From contig AP024596.1 of assembly GCA_019704295.1 (NCBI GenBank), forward strand, positions 608,001 to 672,000: 64,000 bases of DNA. The letters run 5' to 3'. A model generated the notes under the pieces. It was not told the origin of the DNA, searched no databases, and saw nothing but the letters and a program-made list of their open reading frames with translations. The position numbers were made by a program, and so were the translations under genes. The DNA comes from Sulfolobales archaeon HS-7. Lineage in GTDB: Archaea; Thermoproteota; Thermoprotei_A; Sulfolobales; Sulfolobaceae. Below are positions 55,684 to 64,000 of the stretch, piece after piece. Within the stretch, counting starts at the first letter, position 1. Each line of letters begins with the position of its first letter.

Positions 55684-55897
55684 TTTATCTTAATGCGGGA
55701 TCGGGAGAGAAAGACCTACGTGGACAGGTGGTCCACTCAATGAGTTCATGCAGAACTGTTAATGAGGGGTACTTACGGGGTCACTAAGACGTCTGAGAGA
55801 GTTGATGTGTTAAGCCTGGCTTCAATCAACTATCCTCAAGACACCATATCATCACGTTAGCGCTCAGGGTTAAAACGACCCTTAATGCCTGTGGAGC
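55684..55897 (+). mobile_element. SMN1-like IS200/IS605 MITE, copy 6, cut off at the IS607
   Basis: TTTATCTT start; AAGACGTCT, GTTGATGTG and ACGACCCTTAATGCCT blocks shared with other copies. Confidence 0.6.
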
Positions 55898-55959
55898 CGT
55901 TGTCGACAGTTTTTAATAAACTGTAAAGTTTATGTTATTTTATTACAAGCTCTTATATA

Positions 55960-56520
55960 ATGCTAAGACCTAAAGAAGTATGCCAACGTCTAGGAATCTC
56001 ATAAAACACTTAGAGAATACGTCAAGGCTACATTAAACACGCAATCCTAGAGACCGGTAAATGGAGATTCAAAGAAGAGGATGTTGAGAAACTAATGGTC
56101 ATTTTCAAGAAGAGGAAAACAATATTATACGCCAGAGTATCATCGAACACACGAAAGGACAACTTAATAAACCAAGTAAAGTACTTACAAGAACAAGTTA
56201 AGGAATACGACCAAGTAATAACGGATATAGCTGGATTGAACGTGAAAAGTATTTCAGACTAGAAAATGATATTAAATAACGAGGTATCAAAAATAGTTAT
56301 TGTATACCCTAAGACTAATAAGATTGGGTTTCCAGAAACTTGAGGAAGTATGCAACGCACACAATTGCTACTCGCATTAAACATGAAGGACAAGACACCA
56401 GAATAAGAGTTAATTGAGGACCTTATCTCTCTACGGTCTCATTTAGCGGTAAACTCTACAGTATGAGGGGTCACAAATACGAGAAGGCGAAGGAAATATG
56501 TCGAAGAGCTTAAGGTTTAG
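55960..56520 (+). pseudogene. tnpA: IS607 serine recombinase pseudogene
   Basis: MLRPKEVCQRLGIS*, ILYARVSS and ELIEDL; multiple stops and frameshifts. Confidence 0.85.
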
Positions 56521-57790
56521 AATACTTCAACCAGAAGAGGAGTACGTATACTTAACGTACTCCATCAACAATGAAAAGAAGGAGGAAAGCAAAGTACTAC
56601 TAAAGAACTACAAGACAATACTACAGAAGGCGTTAGACTGGTTATGGAAGAGGAATAGGGTAGAGAGGAAGGAGATTAAAAAGGGTAGGAAAGTTCTCAT
56701 GAAGCTCAAGATTAAATTACCTAAGAAGAGCGAAGTGTATAAGACGTTAACGGATGAACTGGAGAAGGTAAACGCGCTAGCTTCCCACTACGTCAACAAG
56801 GCGATAAGCGACACATTCTCTATCCTAAACTCCTGGAAGAGGAGGGGCGAAATGGGACAAGCGTCACCTAGAAAACCGAAACTCAAGAGGGTGTACGTTA
56901 GGGTGAAGTCGACGCTGAGGAAAGTGGAGGGTGAATCATTTAGGGTAACAGTAAGACCGTACGAGTACATTACCTTCTCTTGGTCTAACACATGGTTCTC
57001 TCGATGGGTTAAGGGACTTGAGCTTGGTGAGCCTGTAATTAATGAGGATAAGGTGTACTTACCATTCCGTTATAAGCTACCTTAGAGAACTCCATTAGAC
57101 TTCCTCTCAATTGACAGTAACTTGTATACTCTTGATGCTTACGATGGAGAGAAGTTTGTCACGTTCTCCATGAAGGAGTTGTATAGTTTGAAGTACGGGA
57201 TGCAGTTGAAGACGGGTAGGATAAGGTCTTTTGCTTCTAAGCACGGCAGGAATGGTAAAGAACTTATGAAGAAATATTCTCGCCGTGAAAAGAATCGTGT
57301 GATGGACTACGTCCACAAGTTTGTTAACAGTTTGCTGTAGATGTATCCTCTCACTCTGTTTGCTGTTGAGAAGTCAAATAAACAATCAATGTTTGAGGAT
57401 ACAAGCGATTCCCTCTCTAGGAGGATATCGAGGACTGTATGAAGGACTATTCATAATCTCATGAAATATAAAGCCCCCTGTATGGTTCTTTTGTAAAGGA
57501 AGTGAACCCGCACCTAACTTCTAAGTCCTGCCCCAGATGTGGATGGGTCTCCTGAAAGGTAGGTGGGACTTTTAGATGTCAGAGATGCGGGTTTACTCTG
57601 GACAGACAGTTAAATGCGTCCTTAAATATCTACCTTAAGATGTGTGGGTTTCCCCACATCCTTGATGCCCCACGGTTGCGAGTTGGGGTTATCCCGCTAA
57701 AGGGACGGAAAAGGAGGAACGGAACAATGCCCCGTGACTTTGGTTAATTCCAAGGGCTGAGGGTTGATATGAAATGTGAAATCCCATGAA
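56498..57790 (+). pseudogene. tnpB: TnpB pseudogene
   Basis: SIDSN, AVE, TSKSCPRCG and DRQLNAS motifs, split by stops at 57083, 57338 and later. Confidence 0.88.
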
Positions 57791-57901
57791 GCTCAAACCC
57801 CTTTTACCCGTGGATAATGTGAAGAAGTAGAAAGCCCTATTCATAAGGACAACGTAAATTTCCTGAAACTTAGGAGTGCTATCTCAAGTTGTAGAATATC
57901 A

Positions 57902-58262
57902 CTACAAGCTTTCTTCGAGCTCCTTAGCTAGGTTTTTAAGCCTTTTTGCCTCTTTCTTCATCTCTACGACAAAGAGAGAAGGGGGGGTTTTCCCACTCAC
58001 TAGGAGTAAATGCAAAGAACTCTATCCTAGCCCTTAGAAACCTGCTGAGCATATATCCTCTCTGCTTGTTATTCAGTCCCTCAAATTCCTTTGATATTAT
58101 CATTAAGTCGATGTCACTTGTATCAAGATAATCTCCCCTTGCTCTCGAGCCTACAACGTAAACTTTCTCCACTTCAACCTCCTTGCTGACGTCATTAACG
58201 AACTCTATTGCCCTCTTAATAATGTCCACTTGACTCTTCAGCGCAGATTTCGCTTTACCCAC
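57902..58262 (-). pseudogene. Minimal nucleotidyltransferase (MNT), C-terminal frameshift
   Basis: GSRARGD...SDIDL intact; the G7 tract at 57981-57987 appears to shift off the tail ...SLFVVEMKKEAKRL... Confidence 0.65.
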
Positions 58263-58626
58263 TCTATCACCTTATCTGCTCACCTAACCGATTCCTCTGC
58301 ATCTTCCCTAGTATAGAGAGAGTATGGAACTGAATTGGCGGCATCAGGATATCTAGAAACTATGTAGTGAAAAGTGAGTTTAGCAGCGTCCTCTCTAATC
58401 TCCTCAACCAGCAAATTAAGCTCTTGTCTTATCATGTCGAGTATCTCATTTGAATCATGAGTTCTTACAGCTTTCCCACTCTGTAAAAGTAGAGCCTTTA
58501 GCGCTTTTCCTGCAGCTTGTTCAGCCCAGAATACTGAAGCGTAATAATGACCGGTCGCTATTATATCCTTAGCGGTGGACAAATCCTCGAGGCTTGTTTG
58601 AACCATTTCTCCGCTTCTTCCGTCAC
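58238..58626 (-). pseudogene. HEPN-domain protein pseudogene
   Basis: MTEEAEKWFKQA, frameshift to LEDL; Q..KALKA, TH and SRYPD; internal TGA at 58280-58282 before ADKVIEWVK. Confidence 0.75.
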
Positions 58627-58977
58627 AAACTTATACTTACTTGTCATGTATTTTAATTCTTCTTCTGTCAGACGTAAGTATTATTCCTCTGATTAGAGGA
58701 TCAAAACCCATTACCTATATAATACTGGATATAGAGAAATGGCAGAATACTAGTAAGAACCGAAAAATTATTTTATAGGTCGCATTCGTAAAAATCCGAT
58801 GCTTACAGTGTTTAATATTAATTTTTGTGTTTTCCCTGAAACTCTCCTAAGCGACGACGCAACCCTAATGTAAATCCCTCTATCTATTTTGATACTTATA
58901 TATGTTCATGTCCCTAACTATTTCCCTTCCTTAACTTATACTCCCTAGATTTCATTAAATAACAACATCTCGTACTT

Positions 58978-59124
58978 TCATACGGCCTTAATGACCTTAA
59001 TTCCCTGTCTCCTCACCATGTAAATCACCTTGTAACCGCAATAAGGGCACCTGAGTCCTGGAAGTATCTGAAGATTTGAGTCGTCAAAGGTTTTATTGCA
59101 CCTACCACATACGTATATTGCCAT
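58978..59124 (-). CDS. rpoP: RNA polymerase subunit Rpo12 (P) (not in ORF track)
   Basis: [13 protein letters not shown]...[19 protein letters not shown]....IKAV, 48 aa. Confidence 0.92.
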   Translation of the reverse strand: MAIYVCGRCNKTFDDSNLQILPGLRCPYCGYKVIYMVRRQGIKVIKAV

Positions 59125-59161
59125 AAAACTAGGTACCTCCTAAGAGAATATAACGTTAAGC

Positions 59162-59953
59162 TCATTTAGTTGTTGCTCCGCCCTCCTTATACCTGCTCAG
59201 TGCCATTGCAACCGTGGGATACATTTCGTTATTCATTGGTACGACTAGGATAAGACCCCCCTTCTGAGATATATCCGTTAATGCCTCTATAAACCTCAAC
59301 TGCATAGCTATTGGCTTACGATCGTAAAAGTCTGACGCTTCTGCAAGTATATTGGCTGACTGCCTCTCCCCTTCGCTTAATATGATTTTGGCTCTCCTTA
59401 ACCTTTCTGCCTCAGCTTGTTTAGCCATCGCCGTTAATAAGTCGGGGGAAAGCCTTATATCCCTTACAGTCACTGCTGTAACCTTAACGCCCCAAGGTTC
59501 TGTTGATGCGTCTAAGATCTCCTGGAGTTTCATATTTATCTCTTCTCTCTTACTAAGTATGTCGTCCAACTCCATCTGTCCTACTATGTCCCTAAGTGAG
59601 GTCTGCGCGAGGTTAAGTACAGCAGAATTATAATTATATACGGAAGTGACTGCCTTCATCGCATCAATAACCTTATAGTAAAGAACAGCATCTATTGTAA
59701 CCGTAACGTTGTCCTTAGTAACTATTGTTTGAGCCGGAATATCGGATGTCTTTACCCTCAGATCTACGATAGTAGGCTTATCAACAAAGGGAATAAGGAA
59801 TATTATGCCAGGTCCCTTAACTCCAAGAACTCTCCCTAGCCTGAGGACGACTGCTCTCTCCCACTCTTTCACTATCCTAAATGACAAGCTAAGAATAATA
59901 ACTATTATAATGAATAGGAAAATACCGCCTACAATAAGTTCTACTTCACTCAT
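59162..59953 (-). CDS. SPFH/band 7 (slipin) protein
   Basis: N-terminal TM; EWERAVVLRLG, TKDNV and QAEAER..RA motifs. Confidence 0.92.
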   Translation of the reverse strand: MSEVELIVGGIFLFIIIVIILSLSFRIVKEWERAVVLRLGRVLGVKGPGIIFLIPFVDKPTIVDLRVKTSDIPAQTIVTKDNVTVTIDAVLYYKVIDAMKAVTSVYNYNSAVLNLAQTSLRDIVGQMELDDILSKREEINMKLQEILDASTEPWGVKVTAVTVRDIRLSPDLLTAMAKQAEAERLRRAKIILSEGERQSANILAEASDFYDRKPIAMQLRFIEALTDISQKGGLILVVPMNNEMYPTVAMALSRYKEGGATTK

Positions 59954-60076
59954 TAATAATTAATAATACACTCGAGTTTAAAAAATAGTATGTGATCTTT
60001 AATTTCATAAATCTGTCGTCTACTACGTACAATCTCGCTCAGAATTGGGAGTAAGTGCTGAACACATGAAAAGTAG

Positions 60077-60152
<76 letters not shown>

Positions 60153-60201
60153 ACGTACAATGTTTGAAAAGGAATATTAAGGTTTATGATCAGAGTAACC
60201 C

Positions 60202-60405
60202 ATGATTATAAGGGTAAAAATATTCATTAATAGAAATACCCTGCCCATTATATTTCCAGATAACGTAAACCCGCCCTCTGATATGAGGATAACTAGTAAC
60301 GAAAACGAAATTACTCTAGAATGTTCAAACATAAACCGATGCAAAAGTACAGTAAATGAGATACTTGAACAATTGGAACTTATTGAAAAAATAGAGGGAA
60401 TTTAA
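60202..60405 (+). CDS. KEOPS Pcc1-family small protein
   Basis: 67 aa; PDN...C.NI....STVNEIL..L pattern. Confidence 0.55.
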   Translation: MIIRVKIFINRNTLPIIFPDNVNPPSDMRITSNENEITLECSNINRCKSTVNEILEQLELIEKIEGI

Positions 60406-60410
60406 AAAAA

Positions 60411-61799
60411 TTATGGCTTTATTCTTTTCATGACACTAAATGCTTCAAGTAGTGCTACTATAGCTAGTACAATTCCAACCACAGCAACGCCTATAGCGAC
60501 ATAGCCTATCGTTGAAATAGAACCTATCTTCGAGTTAAGGGATGCGACCTCACTATTTAGATTAGTTATATTACTCTCTAGCGTGGCAATCTCCGACTTC
60601 AGGGCTTGTAAACTCGTAACAGTGGTATTTAGAGTACTCACTTCAGACATTAGCGTACTTACTTGGGATTCCAGAGTTTTAACAGTTGCATTAACGGAGG
60701 ACAGCTCGGTCTCGAGTGTTGATATTGAAGTATTTGCCGCTGCGAGTTCGCTTTCTAGCGTAGATATTTCTGCACTTAACGAAGTAACTTCACTCCTTAA
60801 TGCAGAGATTTCGGCGTAAAGGTTCGGACTGGCGGAGTACTCCACTTCTACCTGAGTTGCAAGACCGTCTCCTGAAACAGTCATGACCTCTGTTCCAATA
60901 TAGGAGGAGTTAGCGGGCATAACAGTAAAGGTTACGTTGTAGAATCCACCGCCGAGATTGGTTACAGTACCTTGGGACACTGAAACCGTAGCATTTGTAA
61001 CTGGTACGCCGGCAAACAGTACCTGGATCTCTATGGACGCAGTGGTCGACATGTTAAACCCTGTTGTGTATTGATTAGTAATGGTTTGGAAGAACGGTTC
61101 CACCATTCCGTTATCCTTTACCGAAACTACCTTCACCTGAAGAACCTGTGGCGTTAAGTAAATTGTTTCACTAAAAGATGACAGAGAGGTTGAGAATGAA
61201 GCAGTAGTAGTGTTAGTAACATAACCAGATTGCGATACAGTAAACTGCAAAGTTACTGAGGCCTGAGATACGTTAACTGGTATGTATACAACCGCTACAC
61301 CATTAGCCCCTGTCAGCGATGAATTGGATATCTTTAGTTCGGTATTCGTTACAGTCACGTTAGCACCGGGCACTGGTTCATGAGTCTGAGAGTTTAGTAC
61401 GGTAACTGACACCGGCTTTTCAGTGTACGTGAACGTCACATTAACTTGAGCACTTGCTAAACCGTCAATGATCAATACAGTGTAAGTCCCAGGAGGCACA
61501 GTTGAGTTAATTACAGTGGGCCAAGTAAAGGTCGTCATAAAGTACCCCGTTCCATTCGACTTTGCGGTTGCCAGGAATTTATCGATGCCGTGATACTCTA
61601 TATATATCGTTACTGGCGAGTTGGGATATGCACCGTCCTGACCTGAGATAATCATCACTGCCCCCGGACCAAAAGTTTGGTTAGGAGCAGGAGAGTACAC
61701 AGTAATTCCATTCTGGGTAAAGGTCGCGAGGGAGACAGCAGATCCCGCCACAGTGAGTAATAGTAAAATAAAACCAAAATACTTAACGGACCCTTTCAA
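60411..61799 (-). CDS. slaB: S-layer stalk protein SlaB
   Basis: Signal peptide, NxS/T-rich beta domains, long heptad coiled coil, C-terminal TM. Confidence 0.8.
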   Translation of the reverse strand: MKGSVKYFGFILLLLTVAGSAVSLATFTQNGITVYSPAPNQTFGPGAVMIISGQDGAYPNSPVTIYIEYHGIDKFLATAKSNGTGYFMTTFTWPTVINSTVPPGTYTVLIIDGLASAQVNVTFTYTEKPVSVTVLNSQTHEPVPGANVTVTNTELKISNSSLTGANGVAVVYIPVNVSQASVTLQFTVSQSGYVTNTTTASFSTSLSSFSETIYLTPQVLQVKVVSVKDNGMVEPFFQTITNQYTTGFNMSTTASIEIQVLFAGVPVTNATVSVSQGTVTNLGGGFYNVTFTVMPANSSYIGTEVMTVSGDGLATQVEVEYSASPNLYAEISALRSEVTSLSAEISTLESELAAANTSISTLETELSSVNATVKTLESQVSTLMSEVSTLNTTVTSLQALKSEIATLESNITNLNSEVASLNSKIGSISTIGYVAIGVAVVGIVLAIVALLEAFSVMKRIKP

Positions 61800-61832
61800 G
61801 AGATATCACCTTTTGTGAACATTATAAAAAAA

Positions 61833-64000
61833 TTAACTATAATATACCACCACATATAGGAATGTCGGCGAAGTCGATATAGGTATTCCGTTAAAGTATC
61901 CTTCAGCTACTAACTGGACAGTGTAGTAAGCACCCGGTGTAATTGATGCTAAGTTCAGTGTTATCGGGAAGAATGTAGGAGTTAGCTTTCCTAGACCAGC
62001 AGGGAATATTGAGTTATCAACAGTCAGGATGGGTATACTCTGTAGTCCTCCTCCAGTAGTTATGTGAGATGTCTGGTTTCCTGCATATATGTTGGCTACT
62101 ACGAAGAATTCCACTGGGTAGTTTATGAGCGAGGTCACATTAAGAGCTATTTGCGTATTCGTTGCTGAGAGGGTTATTAATTTCTGATATATTCCATAGG
62201 AATTGTTCTGGAAAGTCATTACCTCGGATTTCTGCCCGTATAGAGTGATCAGTATTGGTCTAACAGGTGAGGGTATTATATATGTGTTGTAGGTAAAGTC
62301 TATGCTATTTACAGTATCCTCATAAGTTACGCTTACAGAAGCGTTAATTGGTGGGGATACTACGTTGCTGTAGGCTACATCTTGTGTCGGTGCTAGCGCT
62401 AGCATTGTCCCGTTAGGCAGTACGAAGTATAGAGTGGTGTTAGGTGCGGTGGCCGTTCCTTCAGGTGCATAGAGATCTAGAATTGCCCCCGTGAAGTTAC
62501 CCGTTCCTGGACTTGATTCCGATAGGGATTCTATAAATCCAGGTATATGATACACTGCATATGTCATACCATTCACGGTCGACATTATGTTAGTGTAAGT
62601 ACCGTTATATGACCCAGTTATACTCACCATACTATTGGAGATCTTAAAGCTTGTCAAGTAAAGGAATTGTACTGAAGTTGTCGACACCTTAGCCAAGTTA
62701 GGATCAATGGCATATACATTGGGTTTAGTAACTCCCGCCTCTATTCCATATACTACCTCTTCGGTATGCGTTACGTTCACGACTACAGTCTTCTCAGCAA
62801 CTATCTCATTATTTAATATGAACGGTGTAGGTACGGGGCCCTGGGATATATTCTCGAGTAATAGTATTGTGCTTGCAGTGTAATTAGCATTTGTGGCTTC
62901 ATCATAGTATTTCATTGTGAGGTTCGAACCGTTGAGTACAGTTGAGTTCACGCCTAATATTGACTCAAGCTCAGGAATAGATATAGCAAATGAGAAGTTC
63001 CCCGTGCACATACCGTTTTGTGGTAGAGTAAGGCTTTCGAAGAGATTAGTCACGTTCTGAGATGAAAGCACTATATTCATTGTCTTACCGCTTGCCAAAG
63101 TCACTGTTATACTCCTAAGCACACCTACTTGCACTGGACCGTAGGATGGAATACCGGGTATCTCTAAGTAAACTCCTGGCGGAGTGGTGTTAGTTGCAAG
63201 CACCAGTTGAGTACTTACGAATTGAGACGTGTAGAGGTAGTCGTAGATATTTCCCATTATATACTGATTATAGAGAGGAGTGATTGCCGGTAATATCAGC
63301 TTGGCCGATGTTACATTAAACCCAGTAACTGCGGTTATGTTGGCTCTTGATGGGATCAAATACTGTACTGCAAAGTCATTATCGACGAATGTTACGTTGA
63401 CAAGGGCTTTACTGATCTCTGATGGAGTCAGATATACCTGTACAACTGTGATTCCATGAACGTTTACGAAGTCGATTTCTGAGTTATTCGAGGTTAGCAG
63501 GAATTGGACGAGGAGTGTGTAGTTGTCAGTATAGTATAGCTGACCGAACGGATTTATTCCCTGTTCGGGATTCATAGAGATCGCGTAGGATATGTTGCTG
63601 AATCCTTTAACATCCTTCACGCTAACTAGGAATCCTGCCATTGAAAATCCGTTCCAAGGTCCGGTCACGTTGGGGAAGTTGAATGTATTTGATAGTAATG
63701 AAGGGGCATAGGGATAAAGCACACCAGAGGGATCAAGTACTGTAACCCTTGCAACATGGCAGTACGCGTTGTTAGGCCCTATTGTAGGTTCTGGTATGTA
63801 AGAGAACGTTGGAGGAATTACTCTGGGATAAAATATCTGGTTCCCATTATATGCTGCACTCGTCACGCCCTCATAATCCTCAGCAACTACAGTAACCGTT
63901 GTCTGGTTATTCCATAAACCGAATTCAACAAGAGCTATGTATGATAAGGCTCCAGGGATTTCCAGCGGTATTGTTGAAGTGTAGGTGGTCGTGGCAGGAA
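61833..64000 (-). CDS. slaA: S-layer protein SlaA, C-terminal part (5' end outside window)
   Basis: Large N/T/S/V-rich, sequon-rich ORF directly upstream of slaB; appears to stay open to the window edge. Confidence 0.75.
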   Translation of the reverse strand, partial: PATTTYTSTIPLEIPGALSYIALVEFGLWNNQTTVTVVAEDYEGVTSAAYNGNQIFYPRVIPPTFSYIPEPTIGPNNAYCHVARVTVLDPSGVLYPYAPSLLSNTFNFPNVTGPWNGFSMAGFLVSVKDVKGFSNISYAISMNPEQGINPFGQLYYTDNYTLLVQFLLTSNNSEIDFVNVHGITVVQVYLTPSEISKALVNVTFVDNDFAVQYLIPSRANITAVTGFNVTSAKLILPAITPLYNQYIMGNIYDYLYTSQFVSTQLVLATNTTPPGVYLEIPGIPSYGPVQVGVLRSITVTLASGKTMNIVLSSQNVTNLFESLTLPQNGMCTGNFSFAISIPELESILGVNSTVLNGSNLTMKYYDEATNANYTASTILLLENISQGPVPTPFILNNEIVAEKTVVVNVTHTEEVVYGIEAGVTKPNVYAIDPNLAKVSTTSVQFLYLTSFKISNSMVSITGSYNGTYTNIMSTVNGMTYAVYHIPGFIESLSESSPGTGNFTGAILDLYAPEGTATAPNTTLYFVLPNGTMLALAPTQDVAYSNVVSPPINASVSVTYEDTVNSIDFTYNTYIIPSPVRPILITLYGQKSEVMTFQNNSYGIYQKLITLSATNTQIALNVTSLINYPVEFFVVANIYAGNQTSHITTGGGLQSIPILTVDNSIFPAGLGKLTPTFFPITLNLASITPGAYYTVQLVAEGYFNGIPISTSPTFLYVVVYYS

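Larger units (their letters stand above)
55909..57801 (+). mobile_element. IS607-family element (tnpA plus tnpB), inactivated
   Basis: About 1.9 kb; both ends shared with 14949-15626. Confidence 0.88.

Noticed and set aside
60520-60810. Repetitive heptads in slaB as a DNA repeat
   Set aside because: This is protein-level coiled-coil periodicity expected for SlaB.

Overview
This is a chromosomal window from a Sulfolobales-type crenarchaeon. The evidence is the SlaA/SlaB S-layer genes, the Ced DNA-import genes, PBP2, Lrs14, split MetE, the aro/transketolase cluster and the rpl10e-dph2-csl4-rpoL-tfs cluster. Most of it is housekeeping: nuoB, cyoE, ABCE1, Lhr and XPD helicases, cop copper genes, cmk, lysS, speH, the shikimate pathway, nep1, rpoP and tRNA-Gly(CCC). 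Decayed mobile DNA is scattered between the genes: a nested DDE/IS110 island, two IS607 relics and a broken HEPN-MNT pair. Four signals are not explained by the ORF track. (1) Six diverged copies of a non-coding element of up to ~300 bp have IS200/IS605-like ends and an internal TATA box. They resemble mobile stand-alone omegaRNA cassettes, and five of six sit head-to-head with housekeeping genes. (2) A 42-aa peptide made of (EEEDW-EEEDF) repeats has its own promoter, SD and terminator. (3) The two ATPase domains of ABCE1 share a 102-bp exact sequence. (4) An IS110 has a structured ~220-bp non-coding end, a candidate bridge RNA. Several small genes missing from the ORF track (rpoP, cedA2, a YHS protein) were found by reading the sequence. 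Family assignments rest on motif recognition only; no searches were run.
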